Shown here: in pieces, positions 21,501 through 30,300 of the stretch | Layout of the letters: each line of letters starts with the position of its first letter | How positions within the stretch are numbered: the first letter of the stretch is position 1 | IMG/VR virus record: IMGVR_UViG_3300030098_005428 | Coordinates: 1 to 62,051 of that record | DNA: 62,051 nucleotides | Strand: one strand, 5' to 3' | Source: a virus | Lineage: Duplodnaviria > Caudoviricetes | Made by a program: the position numbers and the translations under genes | Notes under the pieces: generated by a model | What the model was told of the DNA's origin: nothing | Seen by the model: only the letters and a program-made list of their open reading frames with translations | Database searches by the model: none

Positions 21501-24140
21501 TTTTTTTGGATTTCTATAAATATATCCGTTTTTAATATTTTCATTAATGATTTTAGTAGCACCACTTTTTGTCATACCAGTCTCAACTAATCTACTAATT
21601 GCATCATTTTTTACGTGATTTTGAAAATCATTTTTGTCTTTAAATAAATAACTAGGCGTATCTAAATTTTCAGCATTTAAAGCTTGTACCTGCTCTTGTG
21701 CTGTTTTGTTAAATGCTGCTTTCATCATTAGTTTTATAAAAGAACTATGTGCTTCTTCTGTAGACTTTTTTAAAGCTTCTTTTTTCTTTATTAATCCATA
21801 AATTTCAGACTGTACTGATTCAGGTAGTTTTTTAAAGTTTTTCTGAAACTCATCACTCATTATATCTACATCAGCAATATTAAGATAACTTTGTTTTATA
21901 TCAATAGTGGGATAAGCTTCTTTAAGTTTTTCAAATTCATCTAAAATATCTGCGCTTGATTTTGTATCTTTAACTATTTGTAAAACACTTTCATGCATTT
22001 CAGTAATTTGATCATTTGATCCAGTTTCTAAAAGAACTTTAGCAAACTTAGAGTGTTTTAGTTTTGGACTTGCTTCAACTATCATTCGCATTGCCTCGAT
22101 ATTATCTAGTTGTTGTAGATATTCTTGATTAGAAATTTTACCATTTTCTAAATCTTTATCCATTCGCTGTCGTTGGATACTAAAAGCGTGTTCAATATCT
22201 TCTTTATTTCTAAGTTTTCTTATTTGTCTCCAAGTATTATTTACTACTGTACTTCCTACTCTACCAGCTCCCCAAAGAAAAGGAGTTGCTATTATTACTT
22301 CAGCGGCTGTAGCTATCCACGACTTATTATTAAACCAACTATATTGTGGCCACATTGTTTTACCTAAAGAACTTTGTTGTCCAAATTTTAAAGTTAAATC
22401 CTGAGCCCACTCAGTACCAACTTCCCAACCTATTAACTGTCCAACTTCACCACCAGCTGCAATAACTCGCTTAAGATTATTCGTAATACTATCTTTTGTT
22501 GCAATTTGAAAAAGATTATTAAGACTTTTCATTGCTGATTTTGTTATTTTTCTAGTTATAAGAGCATCTAAAGCAGTCGCAATACCTCCAGAAAATAATG
22601 CCTTACCCTCAGCGCCTCTACCAGATTCTATAACATTTAACATGTATTCATTTTGTTCTTTAATCTCAAGGTTAAAGAAAGCTTTTCTTGATTTGTTAGT
22701 TATTTTGTTTACATTTCCACTATGATATTTATCTGCTACAGCTTGTTCTTTCAGTGTATTCATATAAATTTCAGACGTATGTTGTGCCATTGATGAATAA
22801 CCTAATGTAAATATCAATCCTAACATTTGGCCACCTTGTTTACCTATTATAGTTTGAGCTTTATCCCAAGTAATATCAAACTCACCCTCCTCATTAAATA
22901 CGTTTGTCTCTCCTATTTTTTCAAGTTGTTGTTGAACGCCCTCATTGTCAAGCATTATTTCAAGCATTTCTAATTCTAAATCTAGTATTTCCTGGAATCT
23001 TTCTTTTAGATTTTCATCTATATCAAGAGAGCGATTTTTAAAAAGGAAATCTTCTCCTAATATATCAAGTCTTGTTAATTCTTCACCAGTGAACATTTTA
23101 GACCATATGTTTTGTATCGCTTCTTTTTTAAGTTTAATTTCATTACCAGTTAACATTAGCTTCATACCATTATGTCCCATTTGGTACATTTTGGTAAATT
23201 CCCATATACCGGTTAAGAAATCAGAGTTATGTAGTGGCATCCCAAGTAATGATTCCGCTGCTCTATTTTCTCTTGTTGTAGTTTCAACTATCATATCTGA
23301 GAAAAATTCATCAATATCTTCAACTAATGCTTGATTTTTCCACAAAAGATCTTGTCCTGAGTTTGCAAGATAAAACTCAAATAATTCATTCATTCTATTT
23401 GTAAACAAAGCATCTAGTTCTTTAGCTTCTTCTGAATCCCAGTTGACTTTTTTTAGACGTTTATAATGCTCTTTCATTATATCATTTGATGCTACTTTAA
23501 AACCATCTAAGCTTGTAATAGAATTAAATATTGCTTCTTGTGATATTTTAGAACCTTCACGTTCTTTTATGTGATAATAAAAGCCAGTTTTCATAGCTAG
23601 AATCTCCTCACTTGAATACATCCCTCTTTTTTTAAAGTGTTTTTTTCCTTCACGCGCATCATCACCATAGCGATGTTCTGTTGGTAATCCTATTAATTTA
23701 TTATGTTCCCTTTGTTTTTTGGTTAATGGAATATCATCGTGAGCATTATCATAATCTTCTAATAATTTTGCCATCATATTAAAGTTATCTTCGTGCTCTT
23801 CTAAATCTATTAACTCTCCAACCTCAACATCTCTTTTATCACCTGTTTCTGGGTCTGTAATCTCATATACAATTACCTCTTCACCATTATAAGTTTTAAT
23901 ATAATTTTCTACACGATCTTCACGGTTTTTATATTTAGGACCTGCTGCTTCAAAAGTTATTTCATCAATCTTGTCTTCAGTCATGTAGCTAAAGCCTCCG
24001 TCTTTGAAAATCTTCCACTTCTTTCTAGCATTAGGATCAGCTACCTTTATATTACGATATTGGTTAGCATTATTTGGAATTACGTCTTGCGGATTATATA
24101 TAGTTTCATAATCCGGTAATGTTGATAATCTTGTAGACAT
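15564..24140 (-). CDS. Giant (2858 aa) virion/ejection protein with embedded HAD-like domain
   Basis: Size and position after tail genes; FDLDFTLL...IVTARS...VYDD HAD motifs. Confidence 0.7.
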   Translation of the reverse strand: MSTRLSTLPDYETIYNPQDVIPNNANQYRNIKVADPNARKKWKIFKDGGFSYMTEDKIDEITFEAAGPKYKNREDRVENYIKTYNGEEVIVYEITDPETGDKRDVEVGELIDLEEHEDNFNMMAKLLEDYDNAHDDIPLTKKQREHNKLIGLPTEHRYGDDAREGKKHFKKRGMYSSEEILAMKTGFYYHIKEREGSKISQEAIFNSITSLDGFKVASNDIMKEHYKRLKKVNWDSEEAKELDALFTNRMNELFEFYLANSGQDLLWKNQALVEDIDEFFSDMIVETTTRENRAAESLLGMPLHNSDFLTGIWEFTKMYQMGHNGMKLMLTGNEIKLKKEAIQNIWSKMFTGEELTRLDILGEDFLFKNRSLDIDENLKERFQEILDLELEMLEIMLDNEGVQQQLEKIGETNVFNEEGEFDITWDKAQTIIGKQGGQMLGLIFTLGYSSMAQHTSEIYMNTLKEQAVADKYHSGNVNKITNKSRKAFFNLEIKEQNEYMLNVIESGRGAEGKALFSGGIATALDALITRKITKSAMKSLNNLFQIATKDSITNNLKRVIAAGGEVGQLIGWEVGTEWAQDLTLKFGQQSSLGKTMWPQYSWFNNKSWIATAAEVIIATPFLWGAGRVGSTVVNNTWRQIRKLRNKEDIEHAFSIQRQRMDKDLENGKISNQEYLQQLDNIEAMRMIVEASPKLKHSKFAKVLLETGSNDQITEMHESVLQIVKDTKSSADILDEFEKLKEAYPTIDIKQSYLNIADVDIMSDEFQKNFKKLPESVQSEIYGLIKKKEALKKSTEEAHSSFIKLMMKAAFNKTAQEQVQALNAENLDTPSYLFKDKNDFQNHVKNDAISRLVETGMTKSGATKIINENIKNGYIYRNPKKGSYESNINVAYEGLFQVGNVEATTPNALYVIKGNAYDLIDKGDLFAFNGLSHGALHVSMRRASLEELRKFKKDLESGLKEAAKNDPFIAKLLTIAQLSEQRYFGKGARRKLNRNSRKGIEEYITNLGDVAALLQLQEGNFQTISSFDKIADGVKKWFGLYRPRTKSINTVDGSNFINFLTAGSHINKPLPKLEFLDMPLLDKKQLEELSEDETAFSETFEKEYEAKINEAYTPDLQNLEKINELFSEIIQKEAYRTRASGIRWVDLPGFDMQEFVKETLYGVNEETGKMRGISQFIWGDKAFDPNVNDNFFSYIRRNLTNRAMDALKSGKVTTQVYLGELTPKEPQLLPVEPEGFDFIEKKTPPFRTLITDEDAELIKDEVKNKAKLIPDFKGFYTKMKNLYSSYLNPIVENLQYTEEQYNTYINSNKFKSKVNQINEKRKKKLTQKQINGLARIDLREKWLRDKFSTIFPNLPQKVLNKNFQDLKQPKLDENGKHIRIGNDWQFEAKDITADDWVNYFLGEYEGKVAAIVDESGYKKTNTTGDTRWDKLMKEIEVQLRFEGLASLLNDPDVVNKIQTTRDLEEYEELKTSELIGRIATSIDKDTDVVFMEKFGGFSTIPTDITPDDVNKQAKELTSYLNTTKGIESAKFQKKSLEYHPFVVKAVIYANTKVSEFDGTINRNYGKLVERNKYIDAQPTKSLRTNMKALKNVQKASVKVIDRLLERYGYGIIDVYEGTTAETKIIKFLETFGYIKRALDPGSKENPGPFRKDRDKLINKIKKVKYKDGVDLTGMRLMNTRFKLYKDVQKILKLTSKTEKLAKLKELAPEIEEANRVNIEVAKALTTDLINLLKDPNGITKVEFLDLLQVQSNAVGGIKGLSALDFIEIREGSQAVNEENSRYEDIKNKYIPQVNKEIDDILAGRNEKIKELTIVKNKKRVKVSREEYFNYRIKKFINADIKNYGEHMGANSLTMAGIAEVAFRSLEDPNMDIQTELEKIFLVHTQLLTSGEIADILDTNPETGFKTLKINPDNIYRVVKLLSKEQQENIYGYDGRPMSEVIIDFQTRMLALEQKSKRNRALNEITREKNFYKSVLTGNESVEEQIEIFKVIDKARNIANDPKAKRKGISMFDLDFTLLNTTEKIKVIMPDGTETRIDGADFAEQATDLIAMGATFDFTEFNDIINAEKGPFFDMAKARAGKKGWNDIFIVTARSHEAKNNIYNFMRGMGFDIKLDNIITLQDGTPQAKAQWLLSKAAEGYNDFGVYDDHSGVIDAANNLISWLDIDSEVQQAGTNFSEQMNEEFRQILFESKGVNVFDNISGAQAEARGVVADEFSLMPPSADDFLGLLYQFMGKGKQGDAHKEWLVKTLIRPYSKAMRDVDTAKQTLVDSYRTLKNKHKDVVKILKKDTGYGGFTYESALRVFLWDKNGIAIPGISKRDLRNLNGIVTSDPNLVDFANELGQITKLDAGYVQPTEWWVTGTIGQDFRNIGDEYRKMFLTNWIRNKDLVFDAQTLRVIQANYGTNFKDALTDVLYRMENGRMSPDSGHKFVNNFNQFINGSIGTTMFLNTRSAVLQTISAINYVNWSDNNPIKAGAAFANQPQFWKDFVYIFQSDMLKQRRTNLAFEVTANELATAVQKSGDKARAAIQYLLRKGFLPTQMADSFAIAFGGASMYRNRINTYTKQGLSLKEAQKKAWLDFQEITEASQQSAREHMLSAEQASPLGRLILAFGNTPAQYNRLMKKSYLDLVNNRGDHRTNISKIIYYGAVQNFMFSSMQNALFAMIFDPDEGEGEDDKYLSKKINTINSMSDTILRGLGIRGATISTLKNMIIEFGEQNQKDWNSDYAEVMVQALNISPPVGIKARQIYGATQTYKYNKDAINEMGPDIDNPAWLALGQITAGTTNIPLDRVIKKVNNVRAALDDRNEAWQRIATMLGWNTWNVGIPNRKRDAIKNKKKQKKSSAVNEYEQLLKDLGIDE

Positions 24141-24144
24141 GTTT

Positions 24145-26001
24145 TTATTTAATTAATTTTCCGACATCATCACTTCTCAATACCTTGTATTTATAATCAG
24201 GTTGATTAATAAATTCTTTTACCTCATCTGGGAATGTATCAATATTTTTCTTACCATCAAATAATAATCCCCATAATTTTTTAGTTGTACTAGGTTTTCT
24301 AACATCAAATGAATATGATGATCCTAATTTTCTAGGAACATACTCACCTGATGATCTATCATACATACCAATCCAAATATCATACTCATAATGAACCGCT
24401 TGACCATCTTTTGTTTTTGGAAAAATGTACATAGGTCTTTTTGATCCTTGATATGTTACGTCTCTTTCTAATTCTTTTAATTGAGTTGTTCTATTTGCAT
24501 GATCAGCATCTTGATTATATCCCATAGAATAATCATCAAAGTTACTAAATGCCGCACCCATAATATCAAGACTTTCTGTTGGTACGAATATTACTTCATC
24601 TTTTCCTTTTCCTCCAGTTCCACCACGACCGGTATTCTTTAGTCCTTTTGCGATTCTATCTCTTTCTTTTTTAGCTTCACTATTTATAAAATTATTAGCT
24701 GCTCCTTCTAACGCATCATATGCACCACCACCGTAATGAATGTGCATCGCATGTTCTAATAAATTATTTCCAGAAAAGTTTTCTCCGTAAAGATTAGGAA
24801 TATCAATATCACCAAAAGCAAAATCATCATCTAATATCCAAAATGGTTTACCCATAAAATTTTGATCTCCACTATTCATCATAGCTAGTACTTGATCTTT
24901 AGATAAATCATCTCGCTCTGCTAACCACTCTATATAATAATTTTGTATTAACATTGCCTCAGCTGATTCTGCAAATGTTGTTTGACCATATGCTGATCCA
25001 TCAGGATCATAATCAAACGCCATTGCTTGTAGGTTTGTTCTTACGTTTCTATTAACTGTCATTGTTGTACCATCAGCAGTTGTAATGGTTTTTTCTTTAG
25101 TAAAGGTATTTCTCCAAGGATACATTGAAATAAATTCATCTCTAGTAAATTTTTGTTTTATACCTTGCTTATCTGTAAAATACATGTAATTAGATTTACC
25201 TGAAATAACATCACCTTCCATTTTCTTCCAATCGGCTTCTATATCAGCATCTCTACCTTTATTCTTTAAGAAAAATCCACCGTGGTCAGCAATAAAATCA
25301 CTTAAAAGTATACCATAAACTTCTTCATTAGTATCTGGATCTGTAACACGGTATTTTGAAACACTTGCTATTTCTTCATCATATGGGTTATCAAAAATAA
25401 AAGCAATATCTTCTTTACCAGCATCATTTTGTACAAATCGAATTCTATGATTATCTGGTAAAATCATATTATAAAACAAAGCTCTATCCCAATCGTGAGC
25501 TCTTGATAAATCATCATTATCTGGATTCATTGCTTCTCTTAATTGATCAGCTAAACCTTGGTAGTCATTAAACAAACCTTTCCACTCTGTAAATGTTTTA
25601 AGAACGCCATCTTGTATATTAGTTGCTATAGAAAAATCTGGTGATAAAGGGTTACTTGTTGATTTTGTACCTGTTGCTTGAACAAAATTTTGATACATAC
25701 TACCAATTTGATCACCAACATCGCTTAAGTGTGCAGGTAAAATACCAACGTCATTATATTTTTCATGATACCTTTTCATATCCTCCCTATTGAGTTTGTT
25801 AGTATTTTCTATTTGTTTCATTTGATCACTACGTAGTTTTGAGGCTGCTGCAATTTGCGACATTTTTATATTATATGCTCTATCTCCTAATTTATCTAAA
25901 CCATAGAACATACTTCTAATCCACGCGGAAAATTTATATGGATCTGTTATTTTTGCTCTACCAACATCACGAGCACCTCTTACTAATATACTGTTTGCCA
26001 T
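24145..26001 (-). CDS. Putative internal virion protein
   Basis: 618 aa ORF in ejection-protein cluster; no recognised motif. Confidence 0.55.
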   Translation of the reverse strand: MANSILVRGARDVGRAKITDPYKFSAWIRSMFYGLDKLGDRAYNIKMSQIAAASKLRSDQMKQIENTNKLNREDMKRYHEKYNDVGILPAHLSDVGDQIGSMYQNFVQATGTKSTSNPLSPDFSIATNIQDGVLKTFTEWKGLFNDYQGLADQLREAMNPDNDDLSRAHDWDRALFYNMILPDNHRIRFVQNDAGKEDIAFIFDNPYDEEIASVSKYRVTDPDTNEEVYGILLSDFIADHGGFFLKNKGRDADIEADWKKMEGDVISGKSNYMYFTDKQGIKQKFTRDEFISMYPWRNTFTKEKTITTADGTTMTVNRNVRTNLQAMAFDYDPDGSAYGQTTFAESAEAMLIQNYYIEWLAERDDLSKDQVLAMMNSGDQNFMGKPFWILDDDFAFGDIDIPNLYGENFSGNNLLEHAMHIHYGGGAYDALEGAANNFINSEAKKERDRIAKGLKNTGRGGTGGKGKDEVIFVPTESLDIMGAAFSNFDDYSMGYNQDADHANRTTQLKELERDVTYQGSKRPMYIFPKTKDGQAVHYEYDIWIGMYDRSSGEYVPRKLGSSYSFDVRKPSTTKKLWGLLFDGKKNIDTFPDEVKEFINQPDYKYKVLRSDDVGKLIK

Positions 26002-26003
26002 AA

Positions 26004-26945
26004 TTATATTGCTTTAAAATTAACGTCAATTTTGGTATAATCTACAGTATCATAACCATCTTTGTGTTTTGTTACTGCATAAGAAGGAATTTCATCAGAC
26101 ATTACACCTTCAAATAATCCTTTACCAAATTTTATATCTTTATATTTAAAACTGTATATTTTTAATCCACTTGGTGAGTATCTTAAAAATTTAATATCAG
26201 TTTTTAAATTCCTATCTGATGCTGCTACTTGTGCAATACCACCAGCTGTTTGCGCTATACCACCAATTAAACCTTCAGTTGCAGCTTTTCTTGCTTCATC
26301 TGCCGCTGCTTTTCTTTGCTGTGCCATTCCATACATAGTTTCAGCTTGTTCTCTTTTCATTTGTCTTTCTGCCATAACACCCTGCTCATCTCTTCTTGCT
26401 GTAAACTGTGCTTGTGTCATCATATTTTGTCTTTCTTGTTGACCTATATCAGCTGAAGCTCTTTGTAAATTTCTTGATTGTTGATTTGCCATGGCTTGTG
26501 CTAGTGATGCAATACCAGATCCTCCAGCCGCGCCTTGCATTGCTTGCATAGTATTAGCCATAGATTGTTGCTCTTGTTGTGCTTGAAATTCAGCCATTTG
26601 TTTATTAATCGTAAGATCTTCATAAGGATTTTCTAGTTGAGCATATGGATTACTAGTATCAAGTTGAGAATACTTTTGTTTCATTCTAGCATGTTCAATA
26701 TTTGCTGATCTTTGTTCTCTTCTTCTTTGTCCACCACCTATAATACCCATTGCGATACCACTCACACCAGCGGCAATATCACCAATACCACCAGCTGTTA
26801 ATCCTGCTGCTGCATCCATTCCACCACCACTAGCAGAACCACCAGCAAAAGTGGGAACCTTTAAGTTTTGAGCACCTGTTATTTGAGGTGTTTGTATTGG
26901 CGAATAGTTAAATTGCGGATTAAATGTTCCTGTTCCGTTGCCCAT
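26004..26945 (-). CDS. Putative pilot/ejection protein with C-terminal peptidase S74-like chaperone domain
   Basis: G/A-rich hydrophobic segments, Q/A-rich coil, SDRNLKTDI...VDY. Confidence 0.65.
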   Translation of the reverse strand: MGNGTGTFNPQFNYSPIQTPQITGAQNLKVPTFAGGSASGGGMDAAAGLTAGGIGDIAAGVSGIAMGIIGGGQRRREQRSANIEHARMKQKYSQLDTSNPYAQLENPYEDLTINKQMAEFQAQQEQQSMANTMQAMQGAAGGSGIASLAQAMANQQSRNLQRASADIGQQERQNMMTQAQFTARRDEQGVMAERQMKREQAETMYGMAQQRKAAADEARKAATEGLIGGIAQTAGGIAQVAASDRNLKTDIKFLRYSPSGLKIYSFKYKDIKFGKGLFEGVMSDEIPSYAVTKHKDGYDTVDYTKIDVNFKAI

Positions 26946-26971
26946 AATTTTTAATTTTTAGTTTTATACAT

Positions 26972-26984
26972 ATTATAATTACAC
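26972..26984 (-). promoter_or_regulatory. Putative late promoter motif (GTGTAATTATAAT)
   Basis: Similar GTRATWAT motif in four - strand intergenic gaps. Confidence 0.4.
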
Positions 26985-26994
26985 TTTTTTTTAT

Positions 26995-27375
26995 TTATTT
27001 ACTACTTTCAAATAATTCAGAGCTTACAGCAAATAATTCTGCTTCATCTGTTGTTTCATTTTTCATTTCTACTTCAAAGTAATAACCTGTTACACCTGCC
27101 ATACCAACACCTTCATTTTTACCGAAAAAGATAAAATTACCATTTGCTGGTTGTTCAGTTGTATCATCCGCATATACCGTAATACTTTTTCTATCACTAC
27201 TTATTGTTAAACAATCACCTAATCTTATAATAGTGCCAGATGAATTTTTAAAGTATATAATATCCCAAGCACCCGCGTCTACATGTGCACTATCACTAGT
27301 GACATTAGTAGGTTTAGGTTGTAGTGATACATTTATTGGATATGCGAAATTTAATGTTAATGTTATCTTTGCCAT
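26995..27375 (-). CDS. Hypothetical tail-associated protein
   Basis: ORF directly after the tail stabilization gene. Confidence 0.6.
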   Translation of the reverse strand: MAKITLTLNFAYPINVSLQPKPTNVTSDSAHVDAGAWDIIYFKNSSGTIIRLGDCLTISSDRKSITVYADDTTEQPANGNFIFFGKNEGVGMAGVTGYYFEVEMKNETTDEAELFAVSSELFESSK

Positions 27376-27387
27376 AATATCTTAATT

Positions 27388-30300
27388 TTATGTAGCTGTA
27401 AATCTAGTTCCATATATATCCCAACCAGTAGATCCAGCAGCACTTTTTGCAGTAACCCTTATGTATGCCCTAGTTGATGTTGAAGATGGTTTGCTGTATT
27501 CTAATGTGGCGTTACCATCATCTTCAAATAAGTATGCGGAAGAATCAGCAGCATCGTGATGTGTTTTTGTATTTGATGTAAACGCAGCGGCGTTAGCGTA
27601 GTAATAACTTGTTAAACCACTTTGACCATCGTGGTTAATACCTTCACCATCTCCATCAGGATCACAAGCATCTCTCCAAGCTGCATTAGTTGTGTCAGGT
27701 GAATTACTAGCTGGACCTGCAATAACAGAATCTGAAATTGTTATTAATGTTGTCCCGTTTGTATCCCATTCTGGCATTGCTGAACCATCTGACTCTTTAG
27801 TAGCATTACCACCTTCCCCAACATACATAAATTTATTCATAGTATGATCTCCAATAGTTTGGGTTCTAAAGTGTCCTCTTTGACCATCAGATGTACCCGC
27901 TGTTCTTAAATGATCACCAATATAGAACGAATCAGCTACAACAGTCATGTCACTTATATTATTTGATGTTTTATTTGTAGAATCAAATAATATTTGAAAT
28001 CTATCTGGTCTTGCTGCGGCATTAACAGAAACTTCAAAAGTTCCAGCACCTGTTGGTAGTGTTATTGGTATTTCATAAACACCATCATTAACAGCAGATG
28101 TTGCTACTGCATCCCCAACTGCTAATTCAAAACCAACAAGTGATTCCCACGCGATACTAAGATAATCATCTTTTGTGCCGTATTTATGAATATTCATTGA
28201 GCCTGTTAATGTTGCTGTTGCAAGAGCAGGTGTATTATTAAGAGCAACTTGCAAGTTATTAAAAGAAACAATACCACCATCTGTCGTTGTAATTTTTTCA
28301 CCAACAAGCTCCCTTACATCACCACCAACAATACTAAGAGGTATAGCTTCACTAATACCATCTCCATCAGTATCTAAAGCATCTAAGAATTTAAAATCTT
28401 TACCAGATGAACTTGAAGTTAAAACAGAACTTATTGTTACCTCATCTGGGACATTAGGTTCTAGTAGTGATCTTTTCTCATAATTTCCACTTGTAGGGCT
28501 AAGTGTAGTTACTGCAGCGGCACTTGATAATCCCTCAGTAACTTCCACGTCTACTATAGCATCTTGGTATTGTATAAATCTCATTTGCTCTGGAGAACTT
28601 AATGGAGAAATAAAAACACTAGTTCCAGTTATTTCTTCTAGTTTTAATGTATATGTTTGTTTTAATGTTGATTCGTCACTCACGTCTTTATCTACAATCT
28701 TAGGAAAATCAAGTAACTCTTCATAATATGCGTTTGTACTTCCAGCAGCAGGTATTTCACCTTCTATGCTACTTACTGTTAATCCATCACTATCCGTTAA
28801 TAAACTAGTGCTATCAGAATCTTTTGTAAGATATATTTTAAATTTAGCACCAGCTTCTCCATACACTTTTAACGACACATCATCCTCACCTTGTTTAGAT
28901 ATTATATTTGGTTTTGCAAATGTATACGTGTCACCAGCTGTAGTGGTTATTGATTCAGATAAAACTACTACTGTACTACTTGTAATGCTATTAATAACAA
29001 CTAGTGAATTTAGTGGAATACCATTTCCAGTTACAGCCATACCCGCATTGAGATTAGCAGTACTAGCAAGTGTTTGTGTAGCACTGGTTGCACCAGTTGC
29101 TATTGTTGTTTCAAATTCCTCATATGATTCAACGTCAATACTCCAACTTGTTATGTTTGTACCTGCTGCTACTTCATTATTTTCAGCTTCAGCAATAAAA
29201 TCTATTCTATCGTTTTCAACACTTCTATTAGGTATTTTGTATGTTATTGCAAATGATTTAGTAGATATATCGCCAGTTGATCCTAAAGCGGGTGTTTCTG
29301 TTACTCTATAATTACTACCAAAATACAATGTATTTTTTAAATCAACACTAGGATGTGAACCTTCTTTAAATATGTGATCTGTAGCAGCTGTGAATGTTGT
29401 TGTTGTAACACCTGCATCGCTAGTATCTAAATCAATTGTTACTGTTTCACCTTCAAGACCTGAAGCAGAATATGCAGCACCAAGTAAATTAGAGGCTGTA
29501 GGTACTGAGGTATTTCTAGCAATAGAGTACCATCTACCAGAAACAGTATATATGTGTTTTGCTTTACCTGTTATCTTTACAACAATTGTTTGATCGTTAG
29601 TTGGCATTGTAAACGATATTGGTACTGTCATAGTAACTTTATTGTCATCAGCGTATGCGCTAGTTGTATTTGCAAAAGCAACACTAGCATCTGTTACGGC
29701 GTTTGTTACCGTAGAACTACTTTCACTAACAAAAGCAAAATCTGCAGCTTTCATAACAGAAGCACCAGCGGTATTTGCATCATTTGGTTCAAATGTAAAA
29801 ATTACATTCTTACTTACAGTTGCACCACCAGCTACATGATAACCATCACTTACAGTATTATCATACGTTGTACCATCAATTGTAAATGATGTAGGTATTG
29901 CAAAAAGATTATCAGAAGTATCATCAGATGAATCCATTTCTACACTTATCTTAACATGATACCCAGCTCTTGATGGACCAGATGATGAACTTAATTCTCC
30001 TATACCTTGTACTTTAAATTCTTTAGCTGCTTGTTTCGTTTCTAAATCTGTAGTTGTAATTCCTGATCCATGTAAATTAGCAAACCACTTACCTTCTTTA
30101 TTTATGAAATAAGGTACATCACCATCTTGTTCACTAGTTGTGAAAGAGTTACAATACCACCCTTCTTTTTCAAGTGTCGTATCTGTTCCAGCTGCATAGC
30201 CCCTTTGAGTAGTCTTGTATAATCTTGATGTAGTACCTTCATAATTTAATGTTTTAAAATTCTTAATTGTTGATGGGGTATCATTAAATATCAATTTAAT

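Noticed and set aside
15564-24140. crAss-type virion RNA polymerase
   Set aside because: No DxDxD catalytic motif found; DLDFT fits HAD motif I instead.
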